A stretch of 64,000 bases of DNA, taken from contig OX597829.1 in NCBI GenBank assembly GCA_951406725.2, positions 33,542,001 to 33,606,000 of the forward strand. The letters run 5' to 3'. Shown in pieces: positions 1 to 12,485 of this stretch; position 1 is the stretch's first letter; each line of letters begins with the position of its first letter. The notes beneath the pieces were generated by a model that was given only the letters and a program-made list of their open reading frames with translations, ran no database searches and was not told where the DNA came from. Position numbers and translations under genes: made by a program. The DNA is from Octopus vulgaris (Eukaryota).

Positions 1-2230
1 TATTTTATTGGTATTGCAGTTAGTTTTGCATGTTGACAGCATAGGGCTTGAAACTTTTCAGTATTAAACTGCATATTCTTCTTCTTGGCCCACATGTATG
101 TTTCATCTAACTCATGTTGCAGGTGCAGAACTTCAGGGTTCTGTATCACTTGTGGGAGTTATGTATCATCTGCATAACTTGTGATCATGGCTCTCTGTAG
201 GGCATATCTGAGAGGGCCATTATAAACAGTAGTGGTCCCAAAACAGTGCTTTGTGGAACACTGCTCAATATTTGCATATCAGTAGAGGTAGCCTTATTGG
301 CTACTACTGCTTGACTTCTATTGTTCAGAAAGTCATGCAGCCATTCTCCCACTTTCCTGACTATGCTGAGATCATGTAGTTTGTGACCTATCATTCCATG
401 ATCGAAAGCCTTTGCAAAGTTGAGATATATCACATCCACATTTGAGTGGTTGAGGAGCTTTTTCAACACCCAATCATAGTGTTGTAAGAGCTGAGTTAGG
501 CAGCTTCTTCCTGGCTGGAAACCATGTTGGGTGTCAGTCAGCAAGTCATTTTCCTCAAGGAAGCTGATTGGTTTTCTTCTAACTATTCATTCCATGACTT
601 TGCTGATGTGCGAGATCAGAGAGATAGGTTTGTAGTTTTTGACCTCTACTCTGCTACCTCCTTCATGAATGGGGCATATTTTACCTTTCTTCAGCTTGCT
701 TGGAAGTTTGCCAGTTGCAAGGAAACTCTGGAAGAGAGACTTCAGTAGTCTTGCTAGGACTCGCTTACATGCTTTTAGAAGGATTGCTGGGAATTCATCA
801 GGGCCAGTAGCTGAGTTCGGGTTCATCTCATCTATAACCCTTATTACATCATCTTCTTTTATATTGATATAATCAATCATCCCTGCCTCTGTTTTTATAT
901 CTGCAGTGGTAAAAAAAAGTCAGGTGGATTGCTGACTTGCAAATGTCCTAGGGGTAGAGGGAAAGCACTTTTGAAGTGCTCATTTAATATTTCACATATC
1001 CTGTGAGTGAACCATCTTTTCGAGGAGTGGCCCTACCCTGCAGTGCACTGAGGCTGTTTCTTTGGCAAACTTGTAGAAGGCTCTGGGGTTAGATTTTATA
1101 CTGTCTATAGTCCAGGCTACTTTTCCATCTCTTTCTTTTTCGTGGGAGAGTTGCAGATTTTTTTCAATCTCCAGCAGTTGTATTTTCAGGTGGGATTTTT
1201 CACTGCTTTCAATTTTTTTTTACTTTTGTTTAGGCAATTTGAAATTTTTGTATGCTGTCTTAGAAGAACTTCCCTCTCCCTGGGGATTTTGTTCTTGTGA
1301 ACAGTGGCCTTCCTCTCTGGGACATATTTGTAGCATGTGGCTTGCATTACAGACATGAATTGTTGAAGTTTCATGTCAATGTCCTCTGAGGAGAAACATT
1401 TAGTCCAGTTTTGTTTGAGGATCTCTTTCTCAATTTGTTTTCAGTTTGCCTTATGGAAGTTCAAACTGGAAAGATTTTGAGAGTTTCTTGTAGGTTGCCA
1501 TCTATGGTTTTCTTTGGTCTGTACATGGTTAGTTCTACCAAGTTGTGAACCAAGAGTAGCATTGGTGTCACTTTCACATTATAGATGAGATCCATATTAT
1601 TTGTGAGGCAGAGATCCAGTATGTTCCCTCCCCTGGTTGGTTGGAGTACTATTTGTTCCATGTACAAAGGAGGACTACACCTGTTCTTGTCCGCAACATG
1701 CTATTCATGGGAGAGAAAGGCCCTCAGGCCATCCAACATTGGCTAGATTGATGTCTCTCATAAGAAGTACACTTATGTGTTGTTCTAATGTAACTAGAAC
1801 TTCTTCTACTTTTGTAAGGCAGTCTTCAAACTTGTCCACATGATTCGGAGCTTCTGGAGGGTAATATGTAGTACATATAACTACATCAAGTTGTCTTATA
1901 TGTACAATTAATGTGTCACATACTGAATTTGAGTATGACAAGAGGACCCAGGGTGTGAGGTCTTCGCAGATGTACATAGCAATTCCACCATGAATCCTTT
2001 CTTTTCTGTTGGTCTGTAATATGACATATTGTAGTATGTGTATTTCTGCATTTGCAATTCTGGTTTTAGGCGCATTTCTGTAAGTAGTATGCATAAGGCT
2101 TGATTGCATGCAACAAAGTCTCTCAGGAAAGGAATTTTTGTCCTTTTACTAAGTGTTAACAGTCCTCTGATGTTCAGTAAGAGCACCGATGTGATGTCTG
2201 TGCTGTTGCCAGTGGCATCCACTTTCGGTC
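1..2230 (-). mobile_element. Degraded CR1/Jockey-group LINE ORF2 (APE endonuclease + RT)
   Basis: Fragments LLLNIRGL..ILLTE (APE), GGIAMY, PTRGGNILDL, SATGPD, NYKPISL, QHGFQPGRSC, FAKAFD, VPQSTVLGPLLF and SYADDT, with many stops and frameshifts; runs off the window edge. Confidence 0.9.
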
Positions 2231-2680
2231 TATTTGCTGTGGTGGTCTTGTGTATTGGAAATAGACCCATCTGTGCGATTGGTGTAGCCAGGTTAGTTGC
2301 AGTACAATTTCCATATTTTTCCATTATACCAATGCAAAGATTCAATCTCCTTACAAGAACGCCTAAACAAGGAAAACCTGTTCATACAAAAGTACAGACC
2401 ACACCTTAATATACAAACTTGACCACTTCAAATATTATACTGAGGAGTTTGTTGTCCCCCTTGCCACCTGTTACCTCCCTTGGTCTACTCTCTAGACCCA
2501 GTCTTATTTTTCAAGCATCCAAAATGGCAAGACCCCCTTTGTCACAGAATTGATTACTTCACAATATCCCTTTCTCTTCTACTTTTTATGTTTTCCACAT
2601 ATTTTCAACTCTTAATTTTGCCACGTGGTGTATACTGAATCTCCAGTATTTTTGCTCTTTTTATATATTTCTATTATTCA

Positions 2681-3015
2681 TCCTTAGTTGAAAGACACCT
2701 GTGGTTATGTCCTGTTATTATATTTATTGTATTTGTGTAACATTGTCCCTTTTTTTCCATCCTTGTTTTTTGTATACATTTGCTGCTTTCTCCTAAGAAA
2801 TCTAATGCTCTTAGCTTAGTTTTTCCTTCGGGCTGGCCAGATTGGAGCAATTTCGAGTATAACCAGCCGGAATTGCAAAGATAATCTGGAACTCGACTGA
2901 GGAAAGAAAACTCCAAATGACCTGTCCTTGTTTTCTTTTTATCGTCTATCTGGATGTTTTGTTGTCCCTTTTTTGCATCACCTGTCTGGATGTTTTGTGT
3001 TCTTGTCCCATTTTG

Positions 3016-3061
<46 letters not shown>

Positions 3062-3742
3062 CGGCGTACGTGCACTTTGTTCTCATATATGTAAGTATAC
3101 ATTTTTCTAAATCTTGTACAACTCTTTCTCTGTCTATCAGCCCTTTCACGCTTATTCATTCATTCCACACTTCATTCTTTCATTCCTCCTCTCTCACATT
3201 TCTTTGCCTTCTCTTGCTCACTTTTCCTCCACTTTTCACTTCAATGTATCTGTCATTTTTCTCTCCCCTCCTTAATTCTTCTGTCCCTCTGCTCCTCTCT
3301 CTTCTCTTCCCATGTGACGGGCGTTTGGCCAAACCTGATCTTTCTTTCTTGGTCTGGCCGTTGTCTGTGCAACATCGATATTCCTCTCTCTGTCTGTGAA
3401 ATCTTGTATCCCTGCCATAAGGCTTCATTTCGACACATGCCAGCTTAATTTAATTCGTCCTTAGTTGAAAGACACCTGCTGTTATTATTTTTATTGTATT
3501 TGTGTAACATTGTCCATTTTTTTCCATCCTTGTTTTTGTATACATTCACTGCTTTCTTCCAAGGAATCTAATGCTCTTAGCTTAGTTTTCCTTTAGACTG
3601 GCCAGATTGGAGCAATCTCAAGAATAACCAGCCGAAATTGCAAAGATAATCTAGAACTTGACTGAAGAAAGAAAACTCCAAATGACCCATCCTTATTTTC
3701 TTTGTATCGTCTATCTGGATGTTTTGCGTTCTTGTCCCATTT
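2681..3742. repeat. Two diverged direct copies of a ~300-bp element (2681-3013, 3458-3742), each followed by (TA)n
   Basis: Both start TCCTTAGTTGAAAGACACCTG, end CTTGTCCCATTT and are collinear throughout. Confidence 0.85.
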
Positions 3743-4197
3743 CATATATATATATATATATATACACATACATATGTATAATTCAAGAAATTGGAGTCAA
3801 GGAGTACGGTTGGACAGTTAATTTTTAATTGCTACAATTATTTTGATGCAAGTATTTGATTATGCAACAGTTTGTTTGCACAATGAGATCTAGCTGTGCT
3901 TCTTCAGGTCATTTGCAAGTGTTGTCTGATTAAAATTGTCAACTTCAAGGTGGCAGCTGAGAGGTTTATGGTGTGTGCTCCAGAGTGCATTTGGGGGACT
4001 GCTATGAATGGTAGTAGATGGCTATTTTGGTACTGGCTGGCATTTGAATGGGATTGGTATTTCATTTGATTGTATCGCTGATCTGTTCTTCATGGTTGGC
4101 TACACATGTGAATTTCTTTAGCTGATCTTTAGTATTCATTGGTCAGATACATACACACACACAGGCTCACACATGTAAATCTATGTATATATGTCTA

Positions 4198-6389
4198 TCA
4201 TCCTCGTTTAACGTCCGTTTTCCATGCTAGCATGGGTTGGACAGTTTTGACTGAGGGCTGGCAACCAGATGGCTGCACCAGGCTCCAGTCTTGATCTGGC
4301 AGAGTTTCTACATCTGGATGCCCTTCCTAATGCCAACCACTCCGAGAAAGTAGTGGGTGCTTTTTACGTGCCACCTGCATGGGGCCCAGTCAGGCGGTAC
4401 TGGCAATGACATCACTTAAATCTTTTACACGTGCCACCAACACAGGTGCCAGTGAAGCGACGTTGGTAACAATCACGCTTGAAATGGTGCCCTTTTACGT
4501 GCCACGGGTATGGAAGCCACTTGGCTGCTCTGGCAACGATCACGCTCGGATGGTGTTCTTGGCACTCTACTTGTACAGGCATAAGTGCCAGTAAGGCGAT
4601 GCTGGTAACAATCATACTCGAATAGCCTCTCTGTCAACGATCACATTCGTATGGTGCTCTTTGCACCCTGCTAGCACTGATGCCAGTCATCGAAATGGTT
4701 TTGATTTTGATTTCACTTGCCACAACAGGTCTTCACAGGCAAAGTTTAGTGACCAAAGAAGGAAAAGCTACACATAAGCGGGCCAGTTATGCTCCTGGTA
4801 TAGGCCACGGGTTATGGTTTCATCTGGCTTGCCGGGTCTTCTCGAGCACAGCATATTTCCAAAGGTCTCGGTCGCTTGTCATTTCCTTGGTGAGGCCTAA
4901 TGTTCAAAGGTCGTGCTTCACCACTTCATTCCAGGTCTTCCTGGGTCTACCTCTTCCACAGGTTCCCCTCAATGGCTAGGGTGTGGCACTTTTTCACACA
5001 GCTATCCTCATCCATTCTCACCACATGACCATACCAACGCAGTCGTCTCTCTTGTACACCACATCTGATGTTTTTAGGTCCAACTTTTCTCTCAAGGTAC
5101 TAACACTCTGTTGAGTATGCACACTGACATTACACATCCATCAGAGCATACTGGCTTCATTCCTTGTGAGTTTACGCATGTCCTCAGCAGTCACAGCCCA
5201 TGTTTCACTGCCATGTAGCATGGCTGTTCGTACACATGCATCATACAGTCTACCTTTTACTCTGAGTGCGAGGCCCTTTGTCACCAGCAGAGATAAGAGC
5301 TCTCTGAACTTAGCCCAGACTATTCGTATTCTAGCAGCTACACTTTCAGCGCACCCTCCTCCACTACTGATTTGGTCACCTAGGTAACAGAAGCTATCTA
5401 GTTTTTATCCCTGGAATGTGGCGGAAGTTGTTCTCTGCACATTTTCAGTGTTTATTGCTCCTGAGCATCTGCCACATACAAAAACTATCTTTTCAGTAAG
5501 CCTTCTTTTGATATTGTTGCTCCTCTTGTGTATCCATAGCTTACACTGAGTACATCTTATAGTTTGTACCTACACCTCTACTACAGATCGAGCAGGGCCA
5601 TCTACCTGAAGGGATTTGTGGTTTGCCTGCCTTCCTACTTATTAGGACTTTGGTTTTAGCTAGGTTGATTCTAAGGCCCTTCAATTCTAATCCTTGTTTC
5701 CACTCTTGAAACTTCTCTTCTAGTTCTGATAGCGACCCAGCAATTAGGGGAAGGTCATCAGCATAGAGGAGCATCCTGTCTTGAATTCCTCCGTTATTGC
5801 CTGGAGGACCTATGATAAATAGGAGGGGGCTGAGGACTGAACCCTGGTGGACCCCTACCTCTACCTTGAATTCTTCAGTGTACTCGTTGCCAACCCTTAC
5901 CTTACAGCGTCCCTGTACATGGCTTGCACAGCTCTCACTAACCATTCATCTATCCCTAGTTTCCTCATTGACCACCAGATAAGGGATCAGGGGACCCTGT
6001 CAAAGGCTTTCTCCATGTCAATGAAAGCCAGGTACAGGGGCTTATCTTTGGCTAGGTATTTCTCCTGCAGCTGTCTTACCAGAAATATAGCATCAGTGGT
6101 GCTTTTCCCTGGCACGAAACCAAACTGCGTCTCATCCAAGTTGACTCTCTCCCTAAGATGGGCTATGACCCTCTCCGTAACCTTGATTATCTGATCCAAC
6201 AGCTTGATACCTCTGTAATTATTTGTATTTAGGGAGTCACCCTATACCTTTGTAGCAGTTAACTATTATGCTGCTACACCAGTCATTGGGTATGACTCCT
6301 TTGCGTATCACCTGGTTAACTATATGGGTGACTAGGCTGTAGCTGACACTGCAGTAATTCCTGATGGGCCTGGGGCTTTCCCAGGCCTA
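4198..6389 (-). mobile_element. RTE-clade LINE (PHD-containing family), 5'-truncated and decayed
   Basis: GKAPGPSGIT, QFGFVPGKSTTDAIF, DMEKAFDRVP, GVHQGSVLSPLLF, LLYADDL; structured 3' UTR ending in the GGACGTTAAACGA tail. Confidence 0.92.
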
Positions 6390-6402
6390 TATACATACAT
6401 GC

Positions 6403-6815
6403 AACCATGAAACATGGGCTACCACAAAGAGAGAAGAGCAAAGACTGGTAACGGCTCAAAGAGCCATGGAAAGGTCAATGCCTGGTATCTCGTTGAGAGA
6501 GCACATAAGTAGCAAGATCATCAGAAAGAAGTCCGGCGTGAGAGATGTCATCGCAGAGTATACATGCAGCAAGTATAGATGGGCTGGACACATCGCCCGG
6601 CTCACCGATAATCAGTGGATGCACGCAGTTGTCGAGTGGTACCCGCGTGAGCGGAAAAGACCACCCGGAAGACCTCCACGACGGTGGAGTGACGATTTCA
6701 GGAGGACGATTGGGATCACGTGGATGAGAAAGGCATGATCCAGAGAGGAGTGGACAGCGTGCTGTGACCAGCGGTGTCAAATGGACGCCTGACGGACTGG
6801 TCGGTCAAAGTGAAG
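6403..6815 (+). mobile_element. 3' fragment of a second RTE family (RTE-1-like)
   Basis: ETWATTK..QRAMERSM..RWAGHIAR..EWYPRERKRPPGRPPRRWSD; a second copy lies at 25538-25980. Confidence 0.85.
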
Positions 6816-7299
6816 TGATATACATACATACACATACATGTGTATATACATACATATCTTATCTTTCTCTTGTTTCAGTCCTTTGACTGTGGCCATGCTG
6901 GGGTGCCACCTTGAAGAAATATTTCATGTATCCTGTATATTCATGTGCTTGCATGTCCATGTTTGTGTATTTTCTATGTGTGTGTGTAAGCATGTGTTTG
7001 TATATGTATGCACGTCTCCTTGTGTGTGCATGTCTGTGTGTGTGTTATGCAACTATGTACCATGTTTGTATGTATGGATGGATGTGCATCTGTATATGTG
7101 TGGATCCATGTCTCCATGTGTGTGTATATATGGTCATGTGTGCGAGTCTCCATTTGCGTATGTGTGCTTGTCTGTTCTTATAAACTATGTACCTATCCGT
7201 CTGTATGTTAACCTGCTTATTTTCATATCCATATGCTTACATAAAAAAAAAAAATGGTGCCTACACACACACACTCACACCCACATACATACATCTACA

Positions 7300-10090
7300 T
7301 AACAGTCCACTAACTATTCTACTCTACCTGTGTAAACTGTGGGTATGGAGGTATGGTATTTACTATGTATATTTCCTATTTAGTATTGGGGAGGTTTCAT
7401 TTATAAGGACGTACTCCAGTATTTGTCTAAGTGTTGTGTCTTTTGGGTGCTTAGATAAGATGCAGATGTCAAGTTGACCCAAGTTGCCTCCATGGTGGTC
7501 CTTGGCATGTTGGTAGAGTATGGAGAACTGTTTTTTGTCATCATATTGTCTCAGATGTTCATTTATTTGTTCCGCAATGCTCCTAGATGTCTCCCTTATG
7601 TATGTCATGTTCATGTCTTTACAAGCACCTTCTATGCATTTCGAGTTCTACAGTTAATGCCAGGGTTAATCCTACATACCATGCAGTAATTGGTGCATAT
7701 GGTATTCTCAAAGGGGTACGTCCTACATAGTTGTGATATGACAGTTCCCTGGCTTTTCAACAATTTTAATGTTGAGTTTGGTCTCCTTCAGAGCTTTTCT
7801 AAATCTACGGGCTAGTTCTCCATGGGATGTGGCCTCTATAAACATCACTCCTTGATATTTGTTGGTTTTATACCTCATGTTCGCCCTGTTTGCTTTGTCA
7901 CAAGTTCTTTGTATCCTATTCCATTCTTTGTTTCTATGTCTAGGGCAGGTACCACTGATATCATTACGTATAATGTCTAATTTCTTTCTAGCTCCCTTGT
8001 ATACTCAAACCCTATCTTTCTGATCATATCCAGGGAACTGCATGCGGTGCATGAAGTTCTGTATATGTTTTTTTTATTTCGTAGGGTTTACATAGTGGGG
8101 ACACATTGTTCATTATTCTAAATCTGCTAAAAGTATATTAATTTTCATGTTGTGTGACAAAACTGAGTTCTTGTGAACAACATATTTTGAAGCTATAGGT
8201 TTCATGTAATAGGAGTGGAGGAGCTGCACTCTATTGTTCACAGTCTCTAACCAAAGTTCAGTATCAGGTACGGGGAGTCTGTTATTGGGGTGCTTGGTGG
8301 GGTAATCTATAGTTACCCTGATACTTTGGTGGATGGAGTTAGCTATTTGCTGGATGTTCTCCATTACATTCTTCTCAGTTTCTATATTACCGTCACTAGA
8401 GTTGGTTCTAACTATGATATTAATGTCATCTACATATCTACTGCAGAGTAGAAGAGTTGTGGACTGTTCTGCTAACATTTGCTTAAGTTTTCTGTCCCAC
8501 AAGGTCATGAAGAGGCCAGCCACATCTGCAGCTATATCTACACCAATGACTGTACCTTGAACCTGCATGTATAGTTTTTTGTTAATCTTTACTATGTGGT
8601 TTTTACGCTGGCCCCTATTGCATATGCAATCATTTTTTTCATCTGATTGTTGTTCTCAGGGTTTTGGGTGGGTGCGGTCCAGCCACTCCAGAGCTCTGTG
8701 GTGCTTTCCTTCACTGCTTAAGTGATGGTGGGTGGTCTTCCCCTCTGTGACCTGGTGGGGCAGAATCTACTAAGGTCATGGTCATCTACATAGTTACTGT
8801 CATAGCATAGTCTGAGGAGGAGGCCCAATTCTCTAGTGTTGACCTTACGGAATTCCACTTCACTTTCACAGATTACTTGAATGCATTTCTCTATAGCAAA
8901 ATCTATATATATATAGATGGGTAGAGTGAAATTACATCCATACTACTCACTATACAACCTGTGGTTGTTGGTGTGGTTGCAAGTACTGATTTTACTGAGA
9001 TCTTCCGTACACACACAGACATCTCTATGAGATGTCGCAATTATGTGAGAGGAAGTAGGACAGTCTATAGTTGCTGGAGATGTTCGCTCTGCAAACTTGT
9101 TTGGTTGGGGGCCCCTCGACAGGGTTTATGCAGGGTTTGTGGTCTTTGTGTAACCCGTATATTGTAGGAACATCTTTGTTGGATGCTTGGAAATTGTGTG
9201 CCGTCCTTTTTATAGGTTGGAGTATGTTACACCACATTCCCTTGTGTGCATTGAGGAGTTTTTCCACTCTTTCATGTTCTTGTGGTGCAACTTCTCTCAT
9301 GATACTGATGTGTTGTTGCATGGTCTGGACATAGTTCTGTGGGCTGTCTACTGATAGTCTGCCAGACTTGTCCGTAGGGAGCCACACTAATTCTTTGTTT
9401 CACTTTTTGTAGGCCTTTGTCAACAGATGAGCTGAGTTGGTGGGTCCCCTCCTCACTATGTTTTTTAGTGGATTTGTTGTATCAGTCTAAGATATGTCGG
9501 AGTCTATTTCTAGCTAAGGAGATCTTTGCTTGTTTCATTGTCAATTTGGGGTGGGATACATACCCTTTTGCTAAAGGGTAAGTCTGTTGGGTAGATCCTC
9601 GTCATGTCATAAGATTTGTTGTTAGGGTTATAGAAGACAGAGTGTAGAGTATTATTATCGTTGTGGTTGTTGTTATAGTTGCTGTTGCCATCGTTAACGT
9701 TGTTATTATAATAGTTGTTTCTGTTTCGTATGCTTGTGTTGTTGCTGTTGTTATGGTGCTCTGAGCGAGGAATGTTGTGGTTGTCGTTGTTGTTATTGCC
9801 ACTATTGTTGTCATCAACACTGCTATTGTTATTGTTGTTGTTTTGGTTTCGTATGTTTGTGTTGTTGTTGTATTGTCCTAACCTCCATCTTAATTTTAAG
9901 AACGTTTTTTCAATTTCAGACCATCAATTTTTCTGACCTTTTTATATGTAGCGAATTTTGGTGGTAACTCTAAAGCATGCATTTCATCTGAATCTAGCTG
10001 TACTGCACCATATATTCCAGAGGTGTATTTGTTGTTGTTGTTGATGACTCTCCCCAGACACAACAGAATATGCTTCAACACACGAACTCA
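7300..10090 (-). mobile_element. Decayed Penelope-like element (RT + C-terminal GIY-YIG endonuclease) with an internal (CAA)n-rich tract
   Basis: PTDKSGRL, IYGLHKDHK, SRYVDDINII, Cys-rich linker, TYIRETSRSIAEQINEH..RQILE..LNRK. Confidence 0.85.
9650..9872. repeat. Degenerate (TTG)n trinucleotide microsatellite
   Basis: Visible GTT/TTG periodicity. Confidence 0.9.
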
Positions 10091-11502
10091 TACAAAGAAT
10101 CTTGCAAACCAAATCCAAAAACGTACTAAAATATTTGTGTGAAATTAATATATAAAGTCTATAGTAACCTAGAACATATAAGGACTTAGGAGTATATAAA
10201 TTTAATGCTAAAAATTAGGCATTATATATTATATAAAGTCACGCTTAGAAGTATAGTGTTTAATGGAGAAAGAATGAAATATTAAATAAATACGGCAACG
10301 AGTAAGCAAACAAATAAATAAGTAAAAATATACTTAATATATGTACATATTTGTAATATAGGAGAGACTAACAGGCACTGTCATAGGCATGACAGTGCCC
10401 TAACAGGGCACTGTCATGCCTTTAGTTGTCAGAAGTGAAAGTAGAAAAATCTGACGTCAGTGCCTAACAGACACTGCTAAAATTTATACTGAATTGATCG
10501 AATGAAAAATGAAAACATAAACAAAAATCCATCGGTCAAATTTTTCAAATAACAACATTCTATGAAATAAGGTTATGTAACGAAAATAGGACGATGTCGA
10601 ATGGAGGGGAAGTGACGTGAGTGTGGTGAAGAGGAAAATAATTTAGGTGGAAATTATAAAATAAGGAAGGAGTACAACAAAGTTTTCAAATAAAGGTATA
10701 AAAAGGGTCAATATGTCAGAATTTACAAATAATTACTTTTGATAAGGTTTGCTTCGATACCGGAAATAAGAATTTAGTGTGGAGAGAAAAATAATTAACA
10801 AGAGTGGGGGGCGAACAGAAGAATAACGGAGGAAAGTTATATAATGTAAAATAATTATAGTTAAGTTGTAGTTTGTGGGATAAAATGCCATATTTACGAT
10901 TGAACTATTGTTTGGTATTAATATGAATAATTAAATAAAAAGGTTGATAATAAACTTATTAACAAGCACTAATTTTGGTTTATATCTATTGTTCAATATA
11001 TGGAAATAATTTTCGGTCAAAGGGAGGTAAGTAAAGGTGGTAATATAGTGGAATTAAATTAAAATGAATTAAACATTATAAGTGAATAACATTAATAAGA
11101 TTAATATTTATATAAGATTAATATTTATATGTATATATTTTAGCTCAATAAGTAAATAGTTTGATGGATAAATAAATAACTAATAAATAGTAAATAAATA
11201 AGTAAATCAAGAGAATATTAATTTTAATTACTCTACTGTGAGATGGGTACATGGTATAATGTGGATAAAATGTGCTTATAGGGTCTATAAAAGTTTAAAA
11301 TAATAAATATAACTGCGTATAATTGTTAAATAAGTAAGCAAGGTAAATAAATAAATAAATAAAGATATAAATAAATAAGTAATAGTTAATTAAATAAAAT
11401 TAATAAACTAAATAGGAAGATACAATGATTGGATAGCTGTGGAGTGGGGTTCATTATCAATGAAGATGGGGGAATCAAATATACAAGTTAGTCTAAATTA
11501 TA

Positions 11503-11736
11503 AAGGCGGCGAGCTGGTAGAAACGTTAGCATGCCGGGCGAAATTTGTAGCCGTATTTCGTCTGTCGTTACGTTCCGAGTTCAAATTCCGCCGAGGTTGA
11601 CTTTGCCTTTCATCCTTTCAGGGTTGATTAAATAAGTACCAGTTACGCACTGGGGTAGATGTAGTCGACTTAATCCCTTTGTCTGTCCTTGTTTGTCCCC
11701 TCTGTGTTTAGCCCCTTGTGGGTAGTAAAGAAATAT
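11503..11736 (+). mobile_element. tRNA-headed SINE with Nin/Deu-like central domain
   Basis: B-box-like GAGTTCAAATTCC followed by GCCTTTCATCCTTTCAGGGTTGAT..AAGTACCAG; related copies at 35812 and 60545. Confidence 0.85.
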
Positions 11737-11829
11737 ATATTGGTGGTACATAATTAAATTTTTTTTCCTCTAGGCACAAAGCCCAAAATTTTGGGGGAGG
11801 GGATGAAGTTGAATGAGCCAGGTTGGGAT

Positions 11830-12270
11830 GTGGGGTTAGGGAAGAAACTGTGGACCAAATCACATAGGTTGTGGGCTCATTTGAAGGAGGTTGGTTGGGG
11901 AAGATGTGCAACGTGGAGGGGTTGGACTGGTGCACAGGTGGGGTAGAGTGGAAGGTTGAGGGGAAGCAGGAGAAGACAATGGCGGGGTGGGTTTGGGAAG
12001 AGAGAGCAGAGTCACAGTCCACAGAATGTGGATAGTGGTGAGGGGATATCCACAAAGGATGAAGTGGCAAGCCATGAGTTGAGATTGAGACTCAAAGTCT
12101 ACATAGACAGAGGAGCTGAGGATGGGGGGGAGAGCTTGGTGTGGGTAGGGTGGGAGGAGATGTTGAGGTATGAGTGTGAGTGAGTTGGTGTGTTTATTGT
12201 GGATGGAGGTAATGAGAGCAGAGTTGTGTGTGTTGACCAAAACGTTGAGAAAGGCGACAGAAGTGTTAGA
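11830..12270 (-). mobile_element. Penelope-like RT C-terminal fragment
   Basis: SVAFLNVLV..LITSIHNKHTNS resembles the PLE FLD..T.VY.KPT motif; heavily decayed. Confidence 0.6.
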
Positions 12271-12279
12271 AATAGTACT

Positions 12280-12425
12280 TCTTTCAGTTTCTGTCAACCA
12301 AATCCATTCACAAGGCTTTGGTCAGCCCGAGGTCATAGTAAACAACACTTGCCCAAGGTGCCATGCAGTGGGACTGAACCTGGATCCATATAGTTGAGAA
12401 GCAAGCTACTTACCACACAGTCATG
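12280..12425 (-). mobile_element. CORE-type tRNA SINE 5' fragment
   Basis: The reverse strand reads GGTTCAGTCCCACTG..CACCTTGGGCAAGTG (B-box + CORE-like). Confidence 0.7.
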
Positions 12426-12432
12426 ACAAAAG

Positions 12433-12485
<53 letters not shown>

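Noticed and set aside
9602-9967. Poly-Thr/Leu/Cys ORFs
   Set aside because: Translations of a (TTG)n microsatellite.
10735-10775. Hammerhead-like TTGATAAGGT..ACCGGAAA
   Set aside because: Too many core deviations, and no stem I/III found.
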